DNA from: a virus
Lineage: Duplodnaviria > Caudoviricetes
Length of the DNA stretch: 42,517 bases
Strand: one strand, 5' to 3'
Virus record (IMG/VR): IMGVR_UViG_3300015259_000003
Location: 1-42,517 of that record
Shown here: positions 19,069 to 27,965 of the stretch, in pieces
Layout of the letters: each line of letters begins with the position of its first letter
Numbering within the stretch: position 1 is the first letter of the stretch
Translations under genes and position numbers: made by a program
Notes under the pieces: generated by a model
Told to the model about the DNA's origin: nothing
What the model saw: only the letters and a program-made list of their open reading frames with translations
The model's database searches: none

Positions 19069-19446
19069 ATGGCTTCCTCCAAGTCCTCCAACGCGACCAA
19101 GCGCGCCCAGTCCAAGCCGGGTCCTGTCACGGTCATCGCACCCCCAAAGCCTGTCGTGTCTGCGGAGCCGCCGTCGACTGCTCCGGCTCCTGCGCCAGCG
19201 CTCGCCTCGTCATCCACGCCCTCGCCGTCTGTAGCGCTGCGGGGTGGTCTGGCTATTCAGTCGGTCAAGCTCACCGGTAAGCCTTACCAGGTCGGCGCTC
19301 CGCACAATGCGAGATGGTGGCAAGCCTGTCAGGCGCAGGTCACGGCTGGAAACGGTCAGACCACGGTAGCCGCGCTGCTCACGGCCAGTGTGCCGGCGCC
19401 GTTCATCGGCTACATGGTCCGTCGCGGCTACATGGCGGCGGTCTAA
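19069..19446 (+). CDS. Basic Pro/Ala/Ser-rich protein with small C-terminal helical domain, 125 aa
   Basis: AAAGGG RBS before ATG 19069, GC3-rich codons, followed by a strong terminator. Confidence 0.75.
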   Translation: MASSKSSNATKRAQSKPGPVTVIAPPKPVVSAEPPSTAPAPAPALASSSTPSPSVALRGGLAIQSVKLTGKPYQVGAPHNARWWQACQAQVTAGNGQTTVAALLTASVPAPFIGYMVRRGYMAAV

Positions 19447-19452
19447 AACCTC

Positions 19453-19478
19453 AGGGGGCGCAAGCCCCCTTTCTTTTC
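19453..19478 (+). terminator. Rho-independent terminator
   Basis: AGGGGGC-GCAA-GCCCCCT followed by TTCTTTTC. Confidence 0.85.
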
Positions 19479-19574
19479 TCCTCGTAGTCGACTTCCGAAA
19501 GGGGAGGAGAGAGGGATCGACATCTATACGGATCTTAGTGGATCGATGGCACACGACTTGCTTGTGGGGTCGGA

Positions 19575-19826
19575 TTGCTGTTGCGTGGGAGCAACAGCAA
19601 AGGTAGCAGGGTACCAGGTAGCAGGTTGCCTAAAATTAGCTGTATATTGCCAAGCATATCAATATCATTCAATCTTCGTACGTAGCTCGCGTATTGTATA
19701 GTTTTACCATTTAACTTGCTACCTGCTACCCACCAGCGCTAACCCATTGTTTTACAACGCATTTTACGGTACTAGGACAGGGTAGCAGGGTACTGCCAAG
19801 CTTCCCCCAACATGCTACCTGCTACC
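19575..19826. other. Putative replication origin (hairpin, GGTAGCA iterons, AT-rich tract, IHF-like site)
   Basis: 10 bp perfect stem at 19575-19600; GGTAGCA at 19602, 19617 and 19781 and its complement TGCTACC at 19717, 19724, 19813 and 19820; abuts the primase-helicase stop. Confidence 0.6.
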
Positions 19827-21911
19827 TTAGATTTTCTTTTTAAATGTTGCAAGATGTTTCCTGGCACCATCAGTAGTCCACTCCTCATCCCGCCTTCGAA
19901 TAACCCAATACCTCTCAGGCCTCCCATCAATTTTCAATGTAATCTTAGGGAAGCCGGCTGAGTGCATTCGTATTCCCAGTGTATTCTTCTTAGCTGGTGT
20001 CACCCCCATGGGATCATCACCATAGCAGTACTGCGCGAGCTCAGACCCAGTCATGAGACAGCGGCCTTTAAGAATGGGTGGTAACACCTGATCAGGATCT
20101 TCCCACAATATATTGACCCACTGCTCATCAACACGACGCGTTGCACGTGTGACTTCCACCTTATCTTCAGTCATAGGAGCCCACCCCATTGGATCGAATC
20201 CAGTTGTATCTACCCTGAGTAAGAATCCATATACTTCAGACGCTCCTTCAGTATTTATCCAATGGAAGTATGCCTCCCACTCCTCGCGAGACCACTGCCC
20301 ACCACGGGTACCGAAGCGGATAACAGCACATCGTCTGTCATCATCGTCAAGTCGTAAAGCATCGGAATAGTTTGCTGTGGATACAATGTTGGAGCAATTT
20401 GGGACTTGATACTCTGGCTGACCTTTAGCATTGACGGTGAACATAGGGTCAGTGACGAGTCGTTTAATCTTGTTGATAATGGAAAGTGCCACGCTATCAG
20501 TTCCACCATGTATTTCGTCAAGATTGATGAATTGTTTGTTCGCATATATTGAAGTGAAAGTAGAAGCTATTTGATCTTTCCCAATAGTGACAGCATTGCT
20601 GCCGTATGCACGCATGAGCGGATGCAAGATAGCTTGTTTGCCACACCCAGGAGGGCCGAAGAGATGCACGAATGTGTTCATCTTGGCCCCAAGATTCTGA
20701 AGTGGGTATGCCATCCACTGAATGAACCACTTCCGAAGACCTAAGTCCGTTACATTCCTTTCAAGTAGTGCCATCCACCTAGACACGTCACCCTCGGAGG
20801 GCTCCAATACCATACCCCGCCAGAGATTAAGCGCACCATTAGAGATCCTTTCACTCCCGGGCATGTACGTAAGTGTATCAACCTCCACCCTGCGGCTGTC
20901 TGATAACCACAATCTAGGAACATTGACTGCATGATCTTCAACAAACGCGGTGTAGTGCGCATAATTCACATCCGTAAAGACTGCTCGAGTCATAAGAGTG
21001 CCAGAAGATTGCTCAGCGATACGCCCGAGTGACCGCACGATGCATACTTCATCATTTAACTGGATCTTAAGGAGCTCAAGCTCGTCAATAGCGACTGGAG
21101 TTGCTTCAGAGTCAAGCCATTCCAGCGCAATCTTGTCTCCATGTCTAACACAGAAGTCGTCAAATCCCCAGTGGGTGCCATCAGGAGCTCTTGGAAGCAA
21201 GAGATGCGATGCATGCTGGCCAGTGAGCTCAAGTAACTTAGAGGCCAATCTACCGGTCGCTGATTGGATATCCCAATTATCTTCTGCGTTAGAGTCAAAG
21301 ACAATGACAGGTTGAAGTCGTCTGGATTTCCAAGGCAAATCTCTAAGCTCCGGCATAAGAGCGACAGCGTGTTTTCTAGAAGACCATCCCCAAACGCCAT
21401 TGAGACCGACGCTCCACCTTCCGAGTCTTGCACCATTGATAGCTTTAATTGCTGACTCATGAATGTATACCCTTGCTCCCTCCTCTAGTTTAGCCCAATC
21501 AAGCGTCGGAGGTAGATACGCATGTGGCATCTCGTTAGGGGGACAAAACATCTTCCCACGTTTGTGTGGAACAAGATTTGCGAACGACGAAACTACGGGT
21601 CGAAGTCCAGTATCAACAAGACGGGCTGACCACCAGTCAATATAGTCGCCAGATGCGTTGAAGTGTGGAAAGATGACCGCTAGGCGGTCATCTATAGCTG
21701 AAGTTACATTGCGAGCCCGCGCTATGAGGTCAGCAGCAGGAAATATCTTAATACCAAGATCATCGAGCATACTCCTGGGTATCCCGCGTTTTTCTAGGTA
21801 TCTGAGTACCGCTGGGAACCCAAAACTATCAATCTCGGACTGTATGCCTCGTTCTACATTAATCTGTGGAAACGTCAGCATAAATTGCCCTTGCTCGTCG
21901 CAAGCGGCCAT
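19827..21911 (-). CDS. Primase-helicase (DUF3854/Toprim-like N-terminus, DUF5906/D5-like SF3 helicase C-terminus)
   Basis: IHESAIKA...GLNGVWGW...IVFDSN...GFDDF primase motifs; GPPGCGK Walker A, INLDEI Walker B, STAN motif C, DDRR arginine finger. Confidence 0.88.
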   Translation of the reverse strand: MAACDEQGQFMLTFPQINVERGIQSEIDSFGFPAVLRYLEKRGIPRSMLDDLGIKIFPAADLIARARNVTSAIDDRLAVIFPHFNASGDYIDWWSARLVDTGLRPVVSSFANLVPHKRGKMFCPPNEMPHAYLPPTLDWAKLEEGARVYIHESAIKAINGARLGRWSVGLNGVWGWSSRKHAVALMPELRDLPWKSRRLQPVIVFDSNAEDNWDIQSATGRLASKLLELTGQHASHLLLPRAPDGTHWGFDDFCVRHGDKIALEWLDSEATPVAIDELELLKIQLNDEVCIVRSLGRIAEQSSGTLMTRAVFTDVNYAHYTAFVEDHAVNVPRLWLSDSRRVEVDTLTYMPGSERISNGALNLWRGMVLEPSEGDVSRWMALLERNVTDLGLRKWFIQWMAYPLQNLGAKMNTFVHLFGPPGCGKQAILHPLMRAYGSNAVTIGKDQIASTFTSIYANKQFINLDEIHGGTDSVALSIINKIKRLVTDPMFTVNAKGQPEYQVPNCSNIVSTANYSDALRLDDDDRRCAVIRFGTRGGQWSREEWEAYFHWINTEGASEVYGFLLRVDTTGFDPMGWAPMTEDKVEVTRATRRVDEQWVNILWEDPDQVLPPILKGRCLMTGSELAQYCYGDDPMGVTPAKKNTLGIRMHSAGFPKITLKIDGRPERYWVIRRRDEEWTTDGARKHLATFKKKI

Positions 21912-22051
21912 GCTACATTAAGCATGTCTGCCCTTTCCTTAGTTGAGTGAGAATCGCCCGAGTCGTTTGCCGCGCCTCGGGCGATTTGCCGTGCACTTTC
22001 TGAGTGCATGCACCAAGCATACGCCCCCCCGCGCGTGGGAGCAACCAGAGC

Positions 22052-22079
22052 TTGCATGTCTAGCCGACGTAGGCATACT
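22052..22079 (+). promoter_or_regulatory. Candidate early promoter
   Basis: TTGCAT-16 bp-CATACT at the start of the plus-strand block. Confidence 0.3.
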
Positions 22080-22114
22080 AGGGGCTGGGCATGGTGCCCA
22101 TACAGGAGTGATTC

Positions 22115-22240
22115 ATGATAGAACCAGCTGATTTCTGGATGCTACTAGCGCTGTTGTTGATCATCGCTGTAGGAATAATCGTGTATTTAGCAGACAAGGC
22201 GGAAGACTATGATGCCGCGTCAACTAGGAGAATGAAGTGA
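22115..22240 (+). CDS. Small single-pass membrane protein, 41 aa
   Basis: AGGAG RBS; MIEPADFWMLLALLLIIAVGIIVYLADK...; GTGA overlap with the next gene; below the ORF-track cut-off. Confidence 0.65.
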   Translation: MIEPADFWMLLALLLIIAVGIIVYLADKAEDYDAASTRRMK

Positions 22241-22485
22241 GAAACATAAGTGAAAAAGATTTCCTGAACCGCATGCTTCAAGAATACAAAGAGCAGTGGA
22301 ACAGCCACTACGCGCAAGTACCAATGACTTGTTACTTGGGTAAGAAAGACGAACAGACAGTGATGTATCAGTCCATTCGTAGTGAAGCGAAAGAACCCCT
22401 GGGCATAAACGCAGTTGTCAGTGCTGTGGCTACGTTCAAGCAACGCGGGCGTCCGATTGACAAACACAACATAATGAGAGGTTGA
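22237..22485 (+). CDS. Hypothetical protein, 82 aa
   Basis: AGGAG RBS, GTG start coupled to the previous stop. Confidence 0.65.
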   Translation: MRNISEKDFLNRMLQEYKEQWNSHYAQVPMTCYLGKKDEQTVMYQSIRSEAKEPLGINAVVSAVATFKQRGRPIDKHNIMRG

Positions 22486-22534
22486 TTATGACCACCGAAG
22501 AGCTGTTTAACCAATTCATTTGGAAGGATTGATC

Positions 22535-23362
22535 ATGGCAAGACCTCTTATCAACTCAGCGCGCATGCTTCGCACTGGCGCTCCGCTGTCGTTGGAGGCA
22601 ATCAAGCAAGTTGCCCCCGCCGTGTTTGCTCTGGAGCCGCACGCCAGCCGTGGCCCTAGATATGCCTACGTGCCGACAATCAAGCCGCTTGAGACACTTT
22701 TGAGCGCAGGCTGGGCTGTCTTTGAAGCGGCCCAGCAGCGCAGCCGAGCGGTGGATCGTGACCCCTATACGAAGCACATGCTGCGCCTACGCAAGCCAGG
22801 ATGGAAGACAGACGTGGATGGTGTGCCAGAAGTTATTCTCATTAACGGCCACGATGGCACGGCCGCGTATTCACTGTACGCGGGCTATTTCCGATTCATC
22901 TGCACGAATGGTATGATGGTCGGCACTGGCATCGCAGGGTTCAAGGTACGTCATACCGTCGGGCCGCAGACAAGTAAAGAAGTACTGGAAGCTGGGGAGC
23001 GGACCATCACGGAGAAGTTTCCACTGATGATGGAGAAGATTGGTGTCATGCGCACACTGACGCTGAACACTGGGCAGCAGGTACGATTGGCTGAGCGCGC
23101 CCTGAGATTGCGCTACGGCGACACAGTGGCCCCCTTTCCCTCAAGCGATCTGCTAAACAAACGCCGCGAAGAGGATAAGGACCCCACGCTGTGGAATATG
23201 CTGAACCGCATCCAGGAGAATATAATGAACGGCGGATGGGGAACACGCAGCGCGATGTTCGCACGTCGTAGTGCTGTGCGCCCAGTGGAGCGTGTATCTG
23301 CTGTGGCGAAGATCAACGGCGGTTTGTGGGATGAGGCAATGGCGATAGCGGAGGAAGTATGA
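22535..23362 (+). CDS. DUF932 family protein
   Basis: APAVFA...RYAYVPT...YTKHMLRLR...PEVILINGHDG...AGYFRFICTNGM...LWNMLNRIQEN motifs. Confidence 0.9.
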   Translation: MARPLINSARMLRTGAPLSLEAIKQVAPAVFALEPHASRGPRYAYVPTIKPLETLLSAGWAVFEAAQQRSRAVDRDPYTKHMLRLRKPGWKTDVDGVPEVILINGHDGTAAYSLYAGYFRFICTNGMMVGTGIAGFKVRHTVGPQTSKEVLEAGERTITEKFPLMMEKIGVMRTLTLNTGQQVRLAERALRLRYGDTVAPFPSSDLLNKRREEDKDPTLWNMLNRIQENIMNGGWGTRSAMFARRSAVRPVERVSAVAKINGGLWDEAMAIAEEV

Positions 23363-23571
23363 GCTGGTTTACGAGATTTCTCTACAGTGCTGTTGAAGAA
23401 CAGCGTAAAGAAGATCACGATCGCGGGTACTCATGGGCAGCGGGAGAATTGCTACGCGGGAAAACTCCAGATGCCGTGGAATTAGCTCATGAGTCTTCAG
23501 TCTGGGACTGGGGGCCATTTGGCTATGGCATCGTTGACGCTCTACATGACTGGAAAAGGAGAATGAAGTGA
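23359..23571 (+). CDS. Hypothetical protein, 70 aa
   Basis: GGAGG RBS, ATGA overlap. Confidence 0.7.
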   Translation: MSWFTRFLYSAVEEQRKEDHDRGYSWAAGELLRGKTPDAVELAHESSVWDWGPFGYGIVDALHDWKRRMK

Positions 23572-23614
23572 AGTACATGTCTGCAGTTCACCGTATTGAA
23601 GAATTGGAGAGAAA

Positions 23615-23824
23615 ATGACCACTTTTGTTAAACTGACTGCCACCGTCGGTAGTACGCCGCATGCGAAGCAGCGCATTGTCTGCCTTGACAACATTGCGTA
23701 CATGGTGCGCAATGATGAGAATACGCAGACCTGTATTTTCTTTTCCGGCAGAGATGAATATCTGTGGGTGACAGAATACCCAGTGTTGATAGTTGCGGCT
23801 GCGCCAATTAGGATGCATGAATGA
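23615..23824 (+). CDS. Hypothetical protein, 69 aa
   Basis: GGAG RBS; small beta-rich phage protein. Confidence 0.65.
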   Translation: MTTFVKLTATVGSTPHAKQRIVCLDNIAYMVRNDENTQTCIFFSGRDEYLWVTEYPVLIVAAAPIRMHE

Positions 23825-24243
23825 ATACACTCAGCAACACCATCAAGACAATGGCCCAAATCACACGTGTCTGCACGCCGCTGATAGGACAGGAGGCTAC
23901 ACAGTTCCTTAGGGATACACTGGCCATGAACGCCATGATTAGTGACATGCTTCGTTCATGGAGAGAGCGAAACAAGACAACATCAGAAAAGATGCTGGAG
24001 CTCGCTGAAGATAACTGGCTAGCATACCTTCTGGCATGCCAACTTGGATGTATGCGTTCCATTTTGGACGCTGAGATGATTAGCGGTGAAGCTAGGGAAA
24101 AGATTTTTCCCTGGTTGAGTGTTGCGCTCAGCGGCATGCCGTATGACGTGGCTGTAGAGGACCTTGCATCACCAGAAAGCACGACAATCGTGGCATACCG
24201 CGTGGCGCTTACACCTGAAGAAGCGACCAGCAAGCCCCATTGA
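23821..24243 (+). CDS. Hypothetical protein, 140 aa
   Basis: ATGA overlap with the previous gene. Confidence 0.65.
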   Translation: MNTLSNTIKTMAQITRVCTPLIGQEATQFLRDTLAMNAMISDMLRSWRERNKTTSEKMLELAEDNWLAYLLACQLGCMRSILDAEMISGEAREKIFPWLSVALSGMPYDVAVEDLASPESTTIVAYRVALTPEEATSKPH

Positions 24244-24244
24244 A

Positions 24245-24279
24245 TACGCTTGCACACACACATGTGACAAGCGTACCAT
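24245..24279 (+). promoter_or_regulatory. Candidate promoter overlapped by an inverted repeat
   Basis: TTGCAC-18 bp-TACCAT with TACGCTTG/CAAGCGTA arms at 24245-24252 and 24268-24275. Confidence 0.4.
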
Positions 24280-24310
24280 GGGGGTACATGCGCCTCAGGA
24301 GGTAAGACCA

Positions 24311-24568
24311 GTGATGCACATTCATGATCAAGTTGGGGTTCTTTTACAGATTGACTACACGCCCAGTACGGACGAGGAAGGTCCTACATTCCACGACATA
24401 CGCATACTAAGCGCCGATTACCAGCAGGTAGGCCCGAACCTGACCCACTTGTTTCGCGAGATTTTTGTTCTTGGCCCAGCCGATAAAGACGGAATTCGTG
24501 AAGCAGAATCATTTCTTTCAATGCTCGTAGGAGAACTGCATGGACAAACCAAAGTCACAGTATCTTGA
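24311..24568 (+). CDS. Hypothetical protein, about 85 aa
   Basis: AGGAGGT RBS 7 nt before GTG 24311. Confidence 0.65.
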   Translation: MMHIHDQVGVLLQIDYTPSTDEEGPTFHDIRILSADYQQVGPNLTHLFREIFVLGPADKDGIREAESFLSMLVGELHGQTKVTVS

Positions 24569-24986
24569 GGATTATGTCCTCCAATCAAGCCAGCAGAAAA
24601 AGCTGACAGCGAAACAACTCGCCAGTGTGGCTGACGACTGGTTCGCCACCCGCAAAGATCGCTACGCTGCCGACAAGGTAGCAATGAAACTGAAGGAGCG
24701 TGAACAGAATGCCTATGCATTGTTGATTGAGCAAATGCGGATGCAAGAACTGACCGCCATTGGTGGAGCGCGCGTGCGCGTAGGCATGAGCCTAGAGCCT
24801 ACGTACGAACCTCACGTTGTGGACTGGGACAGTTTCTACGCGTTCATACTGGAAACGAAAGATTTTAGTTTGCTCGAAAGACGTCCGGGCAGATCAGCGT
24901 GCAAGGAACGCTGGGAAGATGACGTCGTTGTTCCTGGTGTCGAAAAATTCCCTGTTTACAAGTTAACTAGTAGCGAGGTAAAGTAA
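24540..24986 (+). CDS. Conserved phage replication-module protein, 148 aa
   Basis: Coiled N-terminus plus DWDSFYAFI...LLERR...VPGV motif typical of genes preceding the SSB-like gene. Confidence 0.7.
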   Translation: MDKPKSQYLEDYVLQSSQQKKLTAKQLASVADDWFATRKDRYAADKVAMKLKEREQNAYALLIEQMRMQELTAIGGARVRVGMSLEPTYEPHVVDWDSFYAFILETKDFSLLERRPGRSACKERWEDDVVVPGVEKFPVYKLTSSEVK

Positions 24987-24988
24987 CC

Positions 24989-25861
24989 ATGCCCACTGTT
25001 TCTAAAGGCCAACCGGCCGCGTCCAAGGCCACTGGAGCCCCAAAAAGCCCCACACCCGGTACTGCCGTAGCTACCCAGCCCGGCAGCGGCTCTGGAGCGG
25101 TCGCATTGCCGGCGGATTTAGCTGCAGAGTTGGCCCAACACGCCAAGTCCGCTGCTGCTATTGAAAGGCCAAATGTTAGCAAGATGTCCTTGAAAGGGGG
25201 CATCATCACCTACAATGGCGGTGTTATCCCCAACAACAAGGTTGACGTAATCTTGCTGGCCGCTGCGTTCCGGAATACCTGGTACAGCCAGCCGTTTCAA
25301 GATGGTGTACTAGTCAATCCTGACTGTTTCGCCCTGATGCCACCTGACAAAGAGGGCCAAGCGCCTGACATGGTGCCGCATGCTAACGTGAAGGAACCCG
25401 TTAACAAAACCTGTTTAGGTTGCCCGAAGAATGCGTGGGGGAGTGATCCACGTCCTGGTAGCCGTGGTAAGGCTTGCAAGGAAACGCGGCGGCTGATAGC
25501 AATTCCAGCTGATGCCACTGCCTCAGTTGATGCTATCAAGAAAGCCGAATTAGCAGTGATTGATGTACCGGTCACTTCAGTGGGGAACTACGGCAACTAC
25601 GTCAACGTGTTGAATGCATCATTAGCACGGCCTATGTGGACAGTGATCACAACGCTTGAAGTAGTGCGGCATCCGAAGTTTCAGTTCCAGGTTACGTTCA
25701 CGCCCGTGACAGCAATCAACGACGCCGACGTTATTCGCGCCATCATGGGCAGGCTTGACGATGCCATGCGTATCGTACTCACGCCCTATGATGAAGCTGT
25801 ACTCCAAGAGGAAAATCCGAAAGCTGCACAGGCGAAGCCCGCAAAGTTCAAGGGTAAGTAA
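24989..25861 (+). CDS. Putative single-stranded DNA-binding/annealing protein
   Basis: PDCFA...CLGCPKNAWGS...GKACKETRRL Cys cluster; located upstream of the DNA polymerase; followed by a terminator. Confidence 0.6.
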   Translation: MPTVSKGQPAASKATGAPKSPTPGTAVATQPGSGSGAVALPADLAAELAQHAKSAAAIERPNVSKMSLKGGIITYNGGVIPNNKVDVILLAAAFRNTWYSQPFQDGVLVNPDCFALMPPDKEGQAPDMVPHANVKEPVNKTCLGCPKNAWGSDPRPGSRGKACKETRRLIAIPADATASVDAIKKAELAVIDVPVTSVGNYGNYVNVLNASLARPMWTVITTLEVVRHPKFQFQVTFTPVTAINDADVIRAIMGRLDDAMRIVLTPYDEAVLQEENPKAAQAKPAKFKGK

Positions 25862-25882
25862 GGAGTTCGTGTTGCCATGTTC

Positions 25883-25910
25883 ACGCCCCAGCGATGGGGC
25901 GTCTTTTCTT
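25883..25910 (+). terminator. Rho-independent terminator
   Basis: ACGCCCCA-GCGA-TGGGGCGT then CTTTTCTT. Confidence 0.8.
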
Positions 25911-25921
25911 GGAGAAATGAA

Positions 25922-26131
25922 ATGAGTGAATTTAAGCGTGGCGATCTTGTAAAGCACATGATCACTCGGAAAACTTATAAGATCGTATCATCAGCAGAAA
26001 ACTGTAAATTAAAATCTGGAGCTGACTGGGTGCCCGCATATGCCTATCAAGGTATGTTGGACACTGACGACATTGTCTACGTGCAAGAGCAGAAGAGAAT
26101 GGAAGAGAGGTTCGTCCGTGTTGACATTTGA
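25922..26131 (+). CDS. DUF1653-like small SH3-type protein, 69 aa
   Basis: GDLVKH...TYKIV...VYV...ERF pattern; GGAG RBS. Confidence 0.6.
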   Translation: MSEFKRGDLVKHMITRKTYKIVSSAENCKLKSGADWVPAYAYQGMLDTDDIVYVQEQKRMEERFVRVDI

Positions 26132-27965
26132 CTACGAAACAGAAGGCATTGTCGGCAACCCGATACACAATCCTCCACGACCTGTTGGAGTGTCTATCAA
26201 AAATGACGGCCAGCCCAGTTTCTACTGGGCATGGGGTCACCCTACAGAAAACAACTGCACTTGGGAAGAAGGTAGAGCTCATCTCATCGCTTCTCTAAAA
26301 TTACATAAAGAATGGCTCGCGCACCACGCGCCATTCGAAGCTGCTGTCAGTCGTAAGTGGTTTAAAGTGGTTAAACGAGTCCCGGAGAATTTTCATGACA
26401 CTGTCTACCTCTTATTTCTATCCGATCCCTACGCGCCCAGCTTTTCGCTCAAGCCTAGCGCCGAACGTGTACTCAATTGGGCGCCAGAGGAGCAAGACGA
26501 GCTACGCGCATGGATTCTCGCACATGTCACCCAAGCAACGGCGAAGGATTGGGGCGCATACATCTGTCTTGCGCCAGGTAAATTGGTCGGGCGCTATGCC
26601 TGCGGTGACACCGACCGCACGTATGCGCTGTTTCAGCGACTCTATCCCGAGATTGTTGAAAATGGCATGGCTGAAGCGTACAGGCGCGAACAGAAATGCC
26701 GCCCTATCTTCGATGGTGTGAGTGAACGTGGCGTTCGTGTTGATATGGAAAGGCTTGAACGTGAAACTGCGGTCTACCGCGCGGCGCAGAAAATATCAGA
26801 TGATTACATATTCTCGAGGCTGGGAGAATTCGAGCTTAGCAAGGATGCCCAACTGGCAGAAGCTCTTGATAGAGCAGGTCAAGTCACGAACTGGGTTCTC
26901 ACACCCACTGGTAAGCGCTCAGTCGCACGGAAAAACCTGGTTGGCAATATCAGGGATACTAAGCTCTACTCGCATCTGGCGTACCGTGGTGCTCTCGAAA
27001 CATGTCTGGGAACTTTTGCTGAGCCTTGGATGGCTAAGGCTCACGCAGAAGGGGGTAGGTTACACCCAGAATGGAACCAAGTGCGTGGTAATCGCGGAGC
27101 GGATGGGGACATTAGCGGCACGCGCACGGGTAGGCCATCCTGTCAAGGACCAAACCTGCTAAACGTTCCCAATGATTTCGAAGAATTAGATATCCCAGAG
27201 GAAATCAAGAAGTACTTCGCTTCGCTTCGGCGGCAAAAGGTATTCAAAGAACTAACAGACATAATTTACTGCCGAAGATACCTACTTCCAGAGGAAGGTC
27301 ATGTCTGGTTGAAGCGAGATTTCGACGCACAAGAAATGCGTATCCTGGCCCACTTTGCAGAAGGTAAGCTCTATGAAGCATTCAAAGCCGACCCAACCAC
27401 TGACCCCCACGTCGCCGTCTCAAAGATTATTCTTGACAACACGGGCATACAGCTTACTCGTAAGCATACGAAGATCACTGGTTTCGGTATTATGTATGGT
27501 AGAGGCGTTGATAATTTGTCTATTGCTCTTGGCGTTGACCCAGTGCAGGGGGCCAATACCCGCAACGCCTACTACGAAGCACTCCCAGAAGTGCGCTGGC
27601 TTGCAAATGAGACAAGAACGTGCGGTCGCAACGGCACCCCAATCGTTACATGGGGTGGACGGAAGTATTACCGTGAGCCTAATCCCGATCGTGACCTCTC
27701 ATACAAGCTACTGAATTATCTAATTCAAGGTAGCGCAGCGGACCAGACTAAAGACGCCATGATTGCGTGGGAAAACACTCGTGGACCAGATGACATGATG
27801 ATAGCTGACGTGTATGACGAACTTGATATGTCTGCGCCAGCGGAAGAAGATAAACGTGCCATGGTATGTCTACGCACGGCTATGAATGCAGACAGGTTTG
27901 ACGTGCCCTTCCGTTCGAAGGGATACAAAGGAGCTAATTGGGCAGACGTGAAGGAGTGGATATGA
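26118..27965 (+). CDS. polA: DNA polymerase family A with 3'-5' exonuclease
   Basis: ExoI FDYET, TRTGRPS, motif A DFDAQEMRILAHF, motif B RKHTKITGFGIMYG, IQGSAAD, motif C VYDE; GTG start after GAGG. Confidence 0.95.
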   Translation: MLTFDYETEGIVGNPIHNPPRPVGVSIKNDGQPSFYWAWGHPTENNCTWEEGRAHLIASLKLHKEWLAHHAPFEAAVSRKWFKVVKRVPENFHDTVYLLFLSDPYAPSFSLKPSAERVLNWAPEEQDELRAWILAHVTQATAKDWGAYICLAPGKLVGRYACGDTDRTYALFQRLYPEIVENGMAEAYRREQKCRPIFDGVSERGVRVDMERLERETAVYRAAQKISDDYIFSRLGEFELSKDAQLAEALDRAGQVTNWVLTPTGKRSVARKNLVGNIRDTKLYSHLAYRGALETCLGTFAEPWMAKAHAEGGRLHPEWNQVRGNRGADGDISGTRTGRPSCQGPNLLNVPNDFEELDIPEEIKKYFASLRRQKVFKELTDIIYCRRYLLPEEGHVWLKRDFDAQEMRILAHFAEGKLYEAFKADPTTDPHVAVSKIILDNTGIQLTRKHTKITGFGIMYGRGVDNLSIALGVDPVQGANTRNAYYEALPEVRWLANETRTCGRNGTPIVTWGGRKYYREPNPDRDLSYKLLNYLIQGSAADQTKDAMIAWENTRGPDDMMIADVYDELDMSAPAEEDKRAMVCLRTAMNADRFDVPFRSKGYKGANWADVKEWI

